Assembly: GCA_900088475.1 (NCBI GenBank)
Contig: FLMG01003693.1
Span: 1 to 57,970, forward strand
DNA length: 57,970 nucleotides
Direction of reading: 5' to 3'
Origin: Hyphochytrium catenoides
Taxonomy: Eukaryota; Protista; Hyphochytriomycota
Positions 1-12,021 of the stretch are shown in pieces. The position numbers and the translations under genes are program-made. The notes under the pieces are model-generated. The model had not been told where the DNA came from. It did not search any database and saw only the letters and a list, made by a program, of their open reading frames with translations. How positions within the stretch are numbered: the stretch's first letter is position 1; the number at the start of each line of letters is the position of its first letter.

Positions 1-795
1 CCCCCCCCCCTTTTTTCTTCTTCCTTCTCCTGATTGTATTACTGTCAACCATGATTCCTCTTCTTCTTTCTTCCTTCTTTCTCTAATATCGAACGTGGTG
101 AAGAATGAAGAAGATGATGGAGCGGATTGATGAAGAGATAGAAAACCAAGACAGAAGCGCTTGCCTCTCCGTTCTTTTCTTGGACTAGTACCAGCTTTTA
201 TGAGGTCATTTTTATATAAATAATAGGAGTAGTATAAAACGTTGAATAAACCGACAAAAAATACTCCGTATTACAATCATTCTCTAGGAGAACTATACTT
301 GGGAACTGCCTACCCAATCCAGCACAGGTGTACTTGAAAGTACTTGAATTCCCCTGTAAATACGACTGCTTGTTCAGTGGCGCGACAACAACACTCAACG
401 AGGATTAGAGAGGAGAGTGTTCTGAATTCTGAAGCTTTTTCTCGATTATTATGGGGCAAGCTCATGAGTGGATGATTTTGGTTTCAAAGATTCCTCAGCT
501 GGGCACCTGCGTTGTACCTGCTTGAAAGCCACACTAAAGCTATTCACGCCTTTCAACGTTTAGTATGAGAGTGATCTAATCAAGTGCTCGTCTGCAACCC
601 TAGAACAATGCTATCGAAACGATGAAGGTTGAACCTAAATACACACTCTTGAGTCGGGTCCTCCAGTACCTCGCTGACTGGTGATAGCATGAGGCAGGGG
701 CCATGTGTTCGCAAGCTATCACCTTACTGCTGAGATTGGCCAGATCGGAGTGTAGAAACTTGCTGAAGTAACAGAATCCTAAGGGCTAAGAGGCT

Positions 796-3223
796 ATGAG
801 TCAAGTGGTGAGGCAAAGCTTGCCAAAGCAGCAACGGGCCCAGCATGAGGCCTTGAAGAGGAAACCTTCGAAAGAAACACTCATCCGACACATCGAAATC
901 CGCCAGGTCACCGGACAGCCTTTGGGCTTGGAGTTGGTGAAGCAACAGGATGGCATATACGTCCTGGGCGTACAACCCGAAAGTGTTTGTGTAAACCAAG
1001 TCTTTGAGGGTAGGTTGCTCAACAATCACTAGGGCTTCTTCTGGAGCAACTGCCTTTCTGCTACTTGTCTTCTCCAAGTTTGCTTCCTAGCCTCCGGAAG
1101 TTGTTTCTGCTTTTCTGCATCCTTACATTACCATGTCATCTCTTTCCCACCAAACTTCAAAGCTTCTGTCGGCCTGGTCCCTTCCACCTTCTTCTCAAAC
1201 CGCCTTACCTCAACCTGTCCGTCGCCCTTTAGATAAGTGTGTCTCTTTGCTTTATAAAACGACGACCTTATATGTCCACACGACGTAAACCCTTGTCTGC
1301 CGCTGGCTAATATCGACTTATCAGGTGATAGGATAATCTTCGTCAACGATGTCGCCGTTAACTGCGATATGAGCTTGACCAAGGACTGCTTCTATAAAGG
1401 ACGATTGGCTCCCACGGTAGCATCAACATTTCTTCAGCTTCAACTCTGACAGAATCCATTCAGCTCTACTGTCAATCAAGCCTTTCATATAGTCTTGGTT
1501 TCATCGTTCATCTCCACTCTAAAACCTTCTGCTCCTTTTGACGTTGATGAGAGTAATACCTGATAATTGACACTTGGTCTATAGATCAGATTAGGGCTTG
1601 AGCGCAATAGGAATCAGGTTTCCCCCAGTCCACTTAAGCAAGCTAGAACTCCAACCACTCCCAGTCCCTCCAGTAGTGCTCCGCTATCAAGGCCGACCCC
1701 ACAAAACAATACCCTGGCTTCCTCCCCACGTCCTACGTCAGTTGGACTTGCAACTTCGGGTTCACTCTATTCCTCTCCCTCCCCTAAGCCCGACAGCAGC
1801 TCGATTTTCTCTCCTGCTGCCGGAAATATTGTTGCTTATGGCAGAAGTGGAAACCAATCACCTAGTATTCAGCCTCAGCTATCGAGCACTCCTACGTTCA
1901 TGCCTCCAGCACAAACCGCCCCTGCTCCGGCCAGGAGTGCACCTTTCACCTCTCCCGAACTTCCACCCAGGAGGACTGCCCCTTTCCATGCTGTTTCACC
2001 AAGAACCCCATCTGGCGTATCCCCCTCTGCCACCCGCCCACCAAGGGCTGAGCAAGCAACTACCCAGAGAGCATCTTACGCCTCACCTATTGCAAGTCTA
2101 CAGGGCCAAGCTACATGTCATTCTCACTTTATGCCAAAGGCTGCAGAGGGGCAGTATGGCAGATCTCAACACCCCCAGTCCACCGCGCGGCCTAAGTCTC
2201 TTCCGAATGACCACAGCAGCTTAAGAGATACCAGCCGTAATTCAACAAAACGTGATTCTGGGGTGCCTCTTACCTCTCCAAGTCCTATAAGTTTTCCCTC
2301 TCCTAGGTCCTTAGCGTTCGGTGGTGCGTCCTTTGAATCGCACCCAAATCCTCATGATGGAATAGATGCGGAACTGACGCTGGAGCAGAGAGCTATACTA
2401 AAGGAGCTCTGCGACCAAGGTTTTACGCGGGAAGAATGTCTGCCTGTACTTAGAACTTGCCATTGGAATATCGGAGACTGTCTCGGCCAGTTGATAGCAC
2501 GAATGGAGGAGGAGGAGTTTCAAAAGCAACTGGCAATAGCTTCAATCCTCTCTGAAGAGGCAAAGCGTGCCGATGAAGAGAATCGACGGCGAAGAGAGCA
2601 GCAAATGCTTCGGTCTGAGTCGGACCTCAGCAGTTTGTTTCCAAAGGTACGTCGCTGAAAACCATACACACAACAGCTTGCGGGCCTCTGCTGAATAGTG
2701 GCTGTTACCTGAAAAGGCACTTTATGCTGAGCATTCATCATCAAAGCTCTGTATCTGCTCTTCTACTCTCGCTGACATCAGTTTGTTGATATTTACCCTT
2801 TCTCCTCCGACTGTTTTCCAGTCCGTGCTTCTGGAACTGGATACCAAGACGGCGCATCTACGTTCCTATGCATCGAATGTTCCACTTGACCAGGACCAAA
2901 GATGTAGGGAGCTCCTTACCCTTCTACTGCAGCATGAGGGAAAGGCCCTTAAATGGTATCCAGCAACAGCACCTTCCTACATGAAAGAGGTAGCTCTCCG
3001 CCTGGAAAGTAGTATGACGAAGCTCCAGAAAGCATCCAGGCCACAAATGGACTTAGAGTTGCTGGATCAGGAGGTTAAGACATTAGAACACCTGCTGTTC
3101 GGAATGCCTGAAGTGTCGGGCGGCGTACCTCTACTTTTTCTGCAGGCAAGCAAGGCACTTAAGCTTCACGTGGATGAGAGAACAGGGGCTGAGGTCATTG
3201 AGATAAATGATGATGACGACTGA
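796..3223 (+). CDS. PDZ domain + Pro/Ser-rich linker + UBA-like domain + UIM-like/helical C-terminus (multi-exon)
   Basis: Splicing ~1009>1324 and ~1416>1584 joins QPLGLELVKQQDGIYVLGVQPESVCVNQVFE-GDRIIFVNDVAV...GRLAPT-IRLGLER, a PDZ pattern. It continues through ORF 1900-2658 (LKELCDQGFTREECLPVLRTCHWNIGDCLGQL is UBA-like; EEEEFQKQLAIASILSEE is UIM-like) and a last exon in ORF 2783-3223. Confidence 0.7.
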
Positions 3224-3538
3224 CGGAGTGTCCCCATTATCTGGGCCCCCTAAAGTTTGTTTCCTTGTGGCGGCTACGATGTTAATTGCCGACTGATATT
3301 TAACAAGCATGGATCCTAATGTATTTACCACCTGTCGAAGTTCTTTAACCTTTAAAACTGGCTTGGCGCATTTATCTCTCCTCGTAAGCTCACCCTGGAC
3401 CGCCCTTGCCGGCATGTCCATGGACTTGCGTCCTCTTACACGAACCTCTCTAATCTAAGGATATCTCCTTTCTCCATACTCCCCTTCAAATGGCAGGTTC
3501 TGGAGTATAAGTACTAGTCTAACCGGCTTGTGTTTGGT

Positions 3539-4406
3539 CTAGTCCACTGTGAAGTACATCCCGTCGTCCGCGTACCAGTGATTGTCTGCACTACTCTGCT
3601 TGAAAGCAGTCACCTCCTGCTGACCCATGATGGGGCAGCTCATTCCGCAGTTACGCCGGTCAAATCGATGGGATGCATGAGAGTGGAGATAGGCTCCAGT
3701 CTCTGGATTTTTCAGCATAATCTTTGAAGCTCTCATCCAAGCTTTCTTGGGCGTCTTCTCGAGGCAAACAACCTCCCATTCATCCAGTTGATCACCTTCG
3801 CCTTCTTCTCCGAAAGCGCTAACTTCTTGCTGATGGGAGAGTGGCGATAGGTAGTCATGAGTATGGAGGTTGCGTCGTGTGAGCACATGCTCCAGACGGA
3901 TAGTAGAGCCACATTTTATGGGTTTGCCTGCAAAAGATCTCACTGATGAGCCGGCTATAAACCCTACAAGTCCAGGTATGAGAATGGACTTACCCACTGA
4001 ACACCATTTTTTGCCATGAGCTTCCTTTACCTAAAGAGATAGAGGCTTTGCCATGAGCTCGCGATACCGTGCTAGATAAAAAATCCTATATCGGAGACAC
4101 TTACAATCCAGTTACTATTCATATCATTATCACTCTCCGTGGCTGTCACTGACTGCTGATGGCTGCCGCTGCCCCATTGAATCTCATGGGAATGAAGCCG
4201 ATAGCCAGTGCTATGATGCACCAACTTAATCATGCTGCCGCAGGTCACACGCGCAAAGTCTTCCGGGACTACGTGAAGAGCATGTTGAGAGAACCAATAC
4301 ATGTCATGAGTTCCTAATGAACTCTACCTTGTTGGCCAGCAGTAGTGCCACCGAAGACTGCAACTGCAAGTAGCAAGCATAATCGTCCGATGCGGCTGGG
4401 ATTCAT
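3539..4406 (-). CDS. SDF2: Stromal cell-derived factor 2-like ER protein (MIR domains)
   Basis: Signal peptide MNPSRIGRLCLLLAVAVFGGTTA. Motifs VTCGSMIKL, YRLHSHEIQWGSGSHQQSVT, IKCGSTIRLEH, NLHTHDYLSPLSHQQEVSAFG, GQQEVTA. Confidence 0.92.
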
Positions 4407-4696
4407 CTTTTATTGATACGTTGACCTCTTGTAAACCCGCTCAGACTTGATCCCGCTGTAAGCTCCTTCCGGAGCTGGCTGCAGGGCTCCTTGCTAGAAG
4501 TATAGTGCTTATGGGTGCCTGTGACGCTTGGCCGGAACCAAGTCCTAGCATAAGCCTCAAAGAAGTATTGCTATCTTCAAAGCTCGTTAAGATGGAAGAG
4601 AAGCTGGTCTGCGATCTGGGACCGATCTTCAATCTCCACGTGGCTCAAGATGAAGAAGACAAATAATATACCTTCGTTCCCTTCATCAGCCCTCTC

Positions 4697-6167
4697 CTAC
4701 AGTCCGTACAGCGGGTGCTCTATGGATCGGCCATATTCAGGATATTGCTGAGTTAGTATGACTCTATCCTGAATAGGATTCAGTTTTGTAACCTTCATTC
4801 TTTATACGTCGGCTAGTGTAGACCTATTTGACACCCCCCAGGAGTCAGAAACCAAAGGTCATCGAAGAGGTTGCAGGCTCATCGACCAACCAGTCACACC
4901 GGCAAGTCTACTCATTATGTGCTTTTATCATAAAGATGTAGAAGAAGTAAGAGTCTGGAGACAAAATTAACGTACGCGAGCGATGAAGACGGAGATGGCA
5001 CTCTGTGTGCATTAGGTATGCCAATGAAGAAGAGAGAGATTGGTAGTGGGAGGGAGAGGTGGTAGGATACGTTGCCACGGAGTGAAGGATTGAGATAGAA
5101 TCACTTTGTGGCCTGGAAGACACTATGCGCAAGCTGAAAGTGAAGTCGAAGCTGAAGGGGAAAGCCTAATACGCACCACCGCAGTCACGTGTAATACGCA
5201 TCACTAATCAAGGCTACCGTACCAGCCATATCTGCCATGGCCCAAGACGTAGTCATGGGCTAGCGTGAAGGTTTCCTGCAGCTGGAGCTCTTTCGACATC
5301 CGTTGTAGACCCTCCACATTTGGAGTGTAAGCCGCGTCACGGATTAGACTGAGCGAGGTAAGTGACTCCAGGAGAGAAGAAAGACTATTGTACCCCTGCA
5401 CTCAGATTGTGGGAGCTCTGAGGTTGGACAAGAGCACACTGGATCGCCACTGGGCTTGAAAGTAGCACGTTGGAGCTTATAGCGGCCGCCTTTTGTCGGC
5501 TTGAGCTGAGGACGACCAGGTCCTCCTCCAGTTCATGTCCTTCACTCCCTGACTGGGGGGATATCTTGAACCCATTCTCTGCCTTGTCAGCTGCCTCAAC
5601 AGCTGTTTCATAGCGTACAGATTCCGATGCAGCTGTTCTCGCTTCATTCTCGGAAGGCTGAGTCGCTGGTGTGGCCTGTCTGGGATGTACCGGAGAAGTC
5701 ACCGAGACCGTCAACTGGCCAAGTCGAGCCTTTCTTGCCGATAGATCCTCATCGCCCTCATATATAACTTTGTCATTTACCTGAAAGGATATAGAATCTA
5801 GAAGGGGCGATGACGAGGTCAACTGCGGCTGCACATTCGGAAGAGAGCGCACCGGATGCCATGTTTCAGAAGCATTTGCACGATACTCGTCCAATAAAAA
5901 TCTGAGCTTTTCTCTCTTCTCTTCAATCTGGTTGTCTAAGTAGCCCAATTCTCGGAGCAGCATCCTCCTTCTTTGTGTCAATATCCGGATGTCATCCTGG
6001 AGTGCTTCAAGAGATGCTTCTCTCAGAGCCAATATTTGGCTTATGGAAGAGCTGATTCTCTCATCGCTCTCTTCCACTGCTTGGAAGACGTCCTTGATAA
6101 GGCGATTCACAGACTTTGGATGAAACGTCTCATCCGTCATTGCAATGATCGAGGCTCTTTTCTCCAT
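4697..6167 (-). CDS. Hypothetical coiled-coil protein (multi-exon)
   Basis: 263-aa ORF with a heptad-like region (LEALQDDIRILTQRRRMLLRELGYLDNQIEEK). Downstream short exons with GT/AG boundaries can be joined to a stop near 4697; the 3' structure is uncertain. Confidence 0.5.
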
Positions 6168-6677
6168 CTTGCACAATAACTTGCTACTTTAACCACTTTT
6201 TCGCAAGCAGCGCGGCCCGTTCTTCATCTGCAAGATCATGACTCTGGTCGTTGGAGCAAAAATGCAGACATCTGAGGAGGAAGGCAAGTTTTGGGTTGCA
6301 CCTTCTTCAATGATCTAACGCCTCACCGCAATCTGACTGTGCCTTGATCCGCAAGCAGGTCCGAGGTTAGGGCTAGAAAAGGTATGCAGGCGACCCTGGC
6401 CTTGCAACACAGAAGTCTACTCTAGACAGATGATGCACTGCGGCTCCGAAGAAGGGTAATGGGCATTGTAAAAGCAATCCCAGTCATCTACAGGTCGTGT
6501 CACCTTGTAGATGATGCTGATCCCTCTGTTTCTCAACAGCACGTTGTATCGTACATACAAACAACTACGACTACGCACTTACAAAGCACCTGTTTTTGTT
6601 TGGCGGGAGAATTATTGACACCAAAACTCAAACACTCGTTTTCAAAAGAAGTCTGGTAGTTCTAGTTGCTCACAGGA

Positions 6678-7429
6678 ATGGTGAAGTCCCTCGTCCCTCG
6701 ATGGGGCGACATCGCGATATCGCGACATCGGCTGCATCTTGAACGACCTCCGCTCCCGCTCTGAAGAACTCCGCCGCCGGTTGAAGGTCCTGTTGTCCTT
6801 GACGCCCCCGGAGGCCTGGATTACTACCTCTTCTTGTCCTTAGAAGTAAAAGCTTTCACGACGCACCTCTCCCATTAGCTTTGCTGGCTCCTGGGAATTA
6901 TCTGTAAAAGACTTGGGGGCCGTAGTTCGAAGCTCTAGTAGGAAGCACGTCGTCAGGGATCCACATTCCTTTCGTCATGCCGCGATCTACCAGTCGCCAA
7001 CCAACAACAAAGCTTGAGGCGTATGAAGAGCTCGCGAACCAGCTTTCGCAACTCCATGCCGACATTGCAACGTTCTCACAACGAATGGAGTCCGTTCTGG
7101 AGACCAGCCAGCACACGACTCAGCTGAACACAGTGTTTGATGCAATGTAAGTGTTATACATTCAATAGGTGTTTGAGGTACAAGCTGCATTATTGTTTGG
7201 CACTCTTTTGGCTCAGGCTGATTAATTTACGTGGCCTTAGATTGAGGACCGCGCCAAGCGTAAAATCGCAGCTGCCGGATTGCTAGAAGAGAGGATCACA
7301 GGAGGGTATGCGACTGTCCACTTTACGAAAAGACTGTGCAATATGTCCATCTCCATATCCTCGTTACGGCTGGAAGTGTGAGACAGTAGGGCTCCCTATA
7401 TTCCACATAAAGGGCTAGCACCACTTTGA
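6678..7429 (+). CDS. Small hypothetical coiled-coil protein (multi-exon, start uncertain)
   Basis: Open segments ILNDLRSRSEELRRRLK, TKLEAYEELANQLSQLHADIATFSQRMESVLE and IEDRAKRKIAAAGLLEERITGG, separated by GTAAGT/GTATGC...AG introns. Confidence 0.4.
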
Positions 7430-7503
7430 ATCTGCCCCTTAGAGACAAATATCTGCGAAGTGCATAAATAAGGTTTCGGCTGTCAGAGACTTTGCCCGGC
7501 CTC

Positions 7504-8086
7504 TTAAATCTCGTTCTTGGAGACCGGCCAGTAATAAGACCGGGAAGCTGGTGTTGGCTCCTCCAGCGAACGACTGAATTGCGACGAAGAGCCTGATGAT
7601 GTTTCGTCGTCTGCAGCTTGACTGGAGTGAGAATCGTACTTCTGAAGTTCACCGCGCTCATTGCTGTTCCGAAGCACATTGCTTGCTAACCCCTGACGTG
7701 CCACTCTGTCCTGAACCGATCCCAAACTATAGAGGTATAGGAGAGCCTTCAGGTCTGTAGATATATCAGTTTCATCTGCCGTTGGCTTGGGTGACTCTCG
7801 GGCGGTTCTTCTTCTCGCCATGCGCTGCAGTCTCTCCTATAATAGAGGTATCAATTAGGTACACATTGAGGGCACACGTTCCCAGTAGACGACGTACAGG
7901 TATTGACGGCTCAAAGAGTGTTGGTTCCTTACTGGCTCCCGATTGGCCCCGCGATAGATCTTCCTTTTCTGGGTCTGCATCACTGCAGAAGCAAGTTCCC
8001 AACCCTAGCTGAGAAAAGAGGGCTAATGGCTACTTAGTCAAACTTGTAGTCAGAAGGCAGGACCATGTTCAGGTGCACTCACCCAT
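7504..8086 (-). CDS. Small hypothetical protein with predicted N-myristoyl/palmitoyl terminus (MGLGTCFC)
   Basis: ATG-G|GTGAGT micro-exon near 8083-8086 splices to GG TTG GGA ACT TGC TTC TGC, then continues via ORFs 7772-8002 and 7504-7821. Confidence 0.5.
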
Positions 8087-9402
8087 CGGGCACCCTAACT
8101 AGGAAATATGGACGTACAGACAATCTCTAGCCGACGGACTTGGTCCAGGCTTCACGGAGACGGAGTAACGGCTCCTCCTGCTAGAAGGTCATTCGCTTTG
8201 AAACTGTTCGAAGGTAGCTTGGTAGAGATGACAGAGAGATCAGCGCTGCAATCCACAGCAGTAATTAGAGAGGCATAAGCCGCAGAAGCTTATGGGAAGG
8301 GGTTCTCACAAAGAGCTTCAACGTCTCTACGCCTTGAGGAGAGAGAGAGAGTAATCTCCTTGATGGCTCCTTGGCCGATTAACTTTCACAACTAAGTGAT
8401 AAGACGTTCAGGGACCAAGCAAACCACTCCTTAGCCGCGATCGTCCCCTTGAAGCGTTAGAAAACTGGAGCAACAGGAACTCAGGATTATCTGGGGATGG
8501 CTGCTAAGCTTCTGTCTCTGACTCTGATTCTTCCCTTGCGCCTGCCAGCCCGAAAAGCTCCAAAATAAGGTCCAAAAGCTTCACAAAGAATGGGGGACAA
8601 AAAACTCCCTGATTTATTTCCCAAGCCGTAGAAGGAGCGCTCAAGGGAAGAGAAAGGCTAGGTTTGGAGCTCACGTAACTAGCTAAAGGGCGACTAGAAA
8701 CGCCAAATGAGTGTTATTTTTGGAAACTGGAGTGAGTGTTGGCTCTCTGTGTTCGGAACCGACTTGACCACTTTCCTTCGATCCATGTTCTGCTGTACAC
8801 TCTGTAAGTGAACAGTAGTGTACAACACGTACAGCAATAAATCTGTGCAACTGTTCCCCTCTCGCTTCTGTTGCGGTGATGAAGATCTGCATTGCCAGTT
8901 CTTATATGCTTCTATTGCTGTCTGCTTCTGTCCAGAGGATGATCAAGCATCACCAGAAGGGAGGCCAGCCGTGACTTGTCAAAGAGTCGTTCTTTTGGGG
9001 CATTGAAGCAAACGAAGACCGATGACAAATCTTGTAGGTGGGCTTCCTGCCTAAGTGGCGTGCGCTGCGAGGCCTGACTGTTGTCGTCATTGGCCTGCGG
9101 TAGGAAGAAGAAAACCTCCGTGTGGCGGGCTGAGAAAAAGGAGGATAGGGAAACCTTAGATGCTCTTCTCTTGATGAGATGAGCTGTTGCTCGTGTCCTT
9201 CCTTCCATACCACTCTTCTTTGACCTCTTAGCAGGAAATGGTTTCTTGGGGCCATGACATCTGTGCCGCTAGTCCTCAAAAAAGCTTTCATTACTTTGGC
9301 TTTTAACATGTGTAAGCCGCACTAAAGCAGTTTTATGTAAAGGCGTTTACGAAAGCACGCTGGCCTATCTTTTTGTCCCTTTCCATTTAGACGGAAAGGC
9401 AG

Positions 9403-9989
9403 ATGACGGGGAGCGGGCCTTCACTAGCAATGCGCTGCCTCCACAGCCACTTCGGCTACAGACGGTCATGTATGCTCTTTTCAGCTTCTTGCTGGTACCG
9501 CTTGCTGCGCAGTGAAACTAACTAAAAATTCCGGTAGCTCCAAAACCAAGGTATTACCGATCACATAGTTCTATAAGTGGTCTTGGACCAAAGCAGTCAA
9601 TTGGAGGTTCTGCATGCGCAACAATTGTGGAGCAACTTCCTGATGCTGATGTTCTGAAGAGGAGCCTAGGTCACGATATCCATAATCAATTCGACGGTAG
9701 GCAATAAGCACGGATGGCCGTAAGCTCATCGACACTACGAAGGCCTTTCAGCGTTCTTGGTGGACAATAATTTGAGAATGCTAACGTTCGGAAACTATCA
9801 TCACAAGCACTCTAGAGATTTGACGGCGAATTCGACAATGACGGCGCAGGTATTTTGCAGATAATCTTGCCACCTCCAGCAGTTCTGCCTCTGACTCCGT
9901 AAGACTAGTATGGCGGGAATATTATGTCGTCATCTAGTGAGAATAGAGATCAAAACCAGCACAACAAGCGATCGTCCAGTGGGACGTAG
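9403..9989 (+). CDS. Hypothetical small multi-exon protein (may extend 5' to ~8900)
   Basis: Four exons joined by GT-AG introns keep frame: MTGSGPSLAMRCLHSHFGYRRS-SPKPRYYRS...HNQFD-AFLVDNNLRMLT-DLTANSTMTAQ-YGGNIMSSSS...SSGT*. Absent from the ORF track. Confidence 0.4.
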
Positions 9990-10095
9990 ACAGGCAAAGC
10001 TACATCAGCGCAAGGTAAGGAAGAGAAGGAGGAGGACCTGAAACTGCGCAAGTTGATGCCAGCAGCCACTATCTATTGAACTCTTGCTTAGATAG

Positions 10096-10596
10096 GAGGC
10101 ACCGTTGCTTGTTTTTGAATAGTTGAAGCTCAGACGAGTCACCTATTATCCCAAGACACCAGGAGATCTTGTTAAAATTGCAGCAAAACGTCTCTCAGAG
10201 ATGGGCTTCTCCAATGTGAACCTTATTGGTATAATATTAGTGGTAGAGGGACTTTATTACCTTGAGCCAAGAGCCTGCTCCCGCTTGATCCAGCCAGGCG
10301 GCAGGAAGGAAAAAGCTCCCAGGCCAGAAATGGCCAAGCGCTAGTGTAAACCTCAGCTAGAACCGATTACATTCTTGTCACCTTGCCACGACATTCGGGT
10401 GAGCAAAAGGAAAGGTATAATATCCGTGGCATATTAGCTTTTCCCTGGCGCGGTTAAACATTGAACTAAAGGTTCACGAGGGAGTGTCCATCTCCGAGAG
10501 ATTTTTGCTGCAGTTCCACAAGACTTCCCCTCTGTCCTGCATTAGCCTTTAGTACCTCTTCTGAGCTTCAACTATTCGCAAAACCAACTTTGCCTC
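10096..10596. repeat. Long imperfect inverted repeat (arms ~10096-10224 and ~10469-10596)
   Basis: Nested reverse-complement matches: 10117-10134 with 10560-10577 (18/18), 10179-10188 with 10503-10512, 10191-10204 with 10488-10501 (13/14), 10216-10224 with 10469-10477. Confidence 0.85.
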
Positions 10597-11494
10597 GGAT
10601 ATGTCATTCTCCCGTCTCATCTTTAGAAACCTGTCTATAGCGGCTTCTGCTGTCATCAATTTGCCCAGTTCCGGGGTCATTCTTCTCTTACGTCTGACGC
10701 AAGCTTTGCCTCTTTAGGTTTCGATTAGAGGAGAGCTCGTGCTGCTTCGATCTCTATTGTTTCTAAATGACTGTGTGTCATCTCCTGTCATAGTTCTCTA
10801 AAAAGTTAAGAGGCAAAGCTGCTGATTTGGCAGGACTCTCTGTGAAGCTGTCGGTCAGCGTGGTCAGGCGTCAGCCTCCGATAGCGTAGTAGATTGGTAC
10901 GAATAGGACTGGTGTGTTGATGGCGAAGATGCGTGAAGAGATGATGGGCTCTAGAGAGAAGAAGTTGAAAAGGGGTTCTTGGTAAACATAATGTGCGCAC
11001 TTTGATACCATTTCTTCTCTTCCAGGCGCACCTTGTTTGGACACCCTCATCTGTGTTAGGGGCTCAATGGGGCAATTGACACTAATAAATGATCACAAAA
11101 CCCACCCATGCAATAGTGCGCACTCCTTGTTGTAAATAGCGTCATTCTATGGGCACCAGGGCGCTTGCCATGGCGGCAGGGCCTGCTTGCTGAAGCTTGT
11201 CTCCATTCTCCATGCAGTTCCAGTGATCTGTACAGTACATATGAATACACAGACGAACTGCCTTCGCCAAGGTGCAGCACCTGTCTTCGCCTCTTCACGT
11301 ACGTAAGGTGAAGCTTGTCAGGAGTATGACTCCGGGGAGTATATACACACAAGCTGGGGATTCATTCTAAGAGCTCAGCTAAACGACCTGTGTAAAGACC
11401 CCATTGCAAGGAAGGTCCTTTTGCGGCACACAGCTGCCTGCCCGTGGGAGGCTGGAGGGAGGGAAGGTGGTCAAGGGCTGCCACGGCCGCCAAG

Positions 11495-11916
11495 ATGTCA
11501 AGATTTGACAAAGCTCTGCCACTGCAGTACTTCATTCATCGAAGCAAGGTTCTTCAGCAATATCGCAAATTTTTGAGAATTGCACGACAGCTTGATGAAA
11601 GGGATGAGGTGGTGGCCAGAATTAGAGAGTCATACAAGCGTAATGTGCACGTGACCGACCATACTCGGCAAAAGGACTTGCTGGCTACCGGCCAAATGGA
11701 GGTGAGACCTATATTTACAAAGGGGCAAGTGCGTAAAAGTCTGACCATGTTCGACAGCTGGAGGGCCTAGAGTTTCTGGCGTCCGCCGCATCAGCACGCC
11801 CAGTGGCTGCTCCAAGTCCTGAAGCGGCCTCTGGAATTAGTCATGATGGGCGTGACGATGTGGATGTTGTTGGACGCCTTGGAAAGGGTTGGCCCTGGAG
11901 CAGGACGACCTCCTAG
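11495..11916 (+). CDS. LYR-motif mitochondrial protein, LYRM2-like
   Basis: LPLQYFIHRSKVLQQYRKFLRIARQL...IRESYKRN...LLATG. One intron (~11702-11757). C-terminal GRLGKGWPW. Confidence 0.8.
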
Positions 11917-12021
11917 AGTGGACCACCATCGACTTCGCTTCACTAGTAGAGAGTGGACATAGTCGACTTCTCTTCGGCTCAGTTTAAAACTCCAAAGAGC
12001 GCTAAGGGCGACATGCTCACG

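Noticed and set aside
1-145. Poly-C and TTC/GAA-rich low-complexity start
   Set aside because: Simple sequence at the window edge; any self-complementarity is compositional.
1598-2224. 208-aa alternative-frame ORF
   Set aside because: Overlaps the Pro/Ser-rich exon of the PDZ-UBA gene, whose frame is fixed by splicing.
8283-8672. Several 9-10-bp inverted matches
   Set aside because: Short, partly non-nested, and mostly built on the common AGCT motif.
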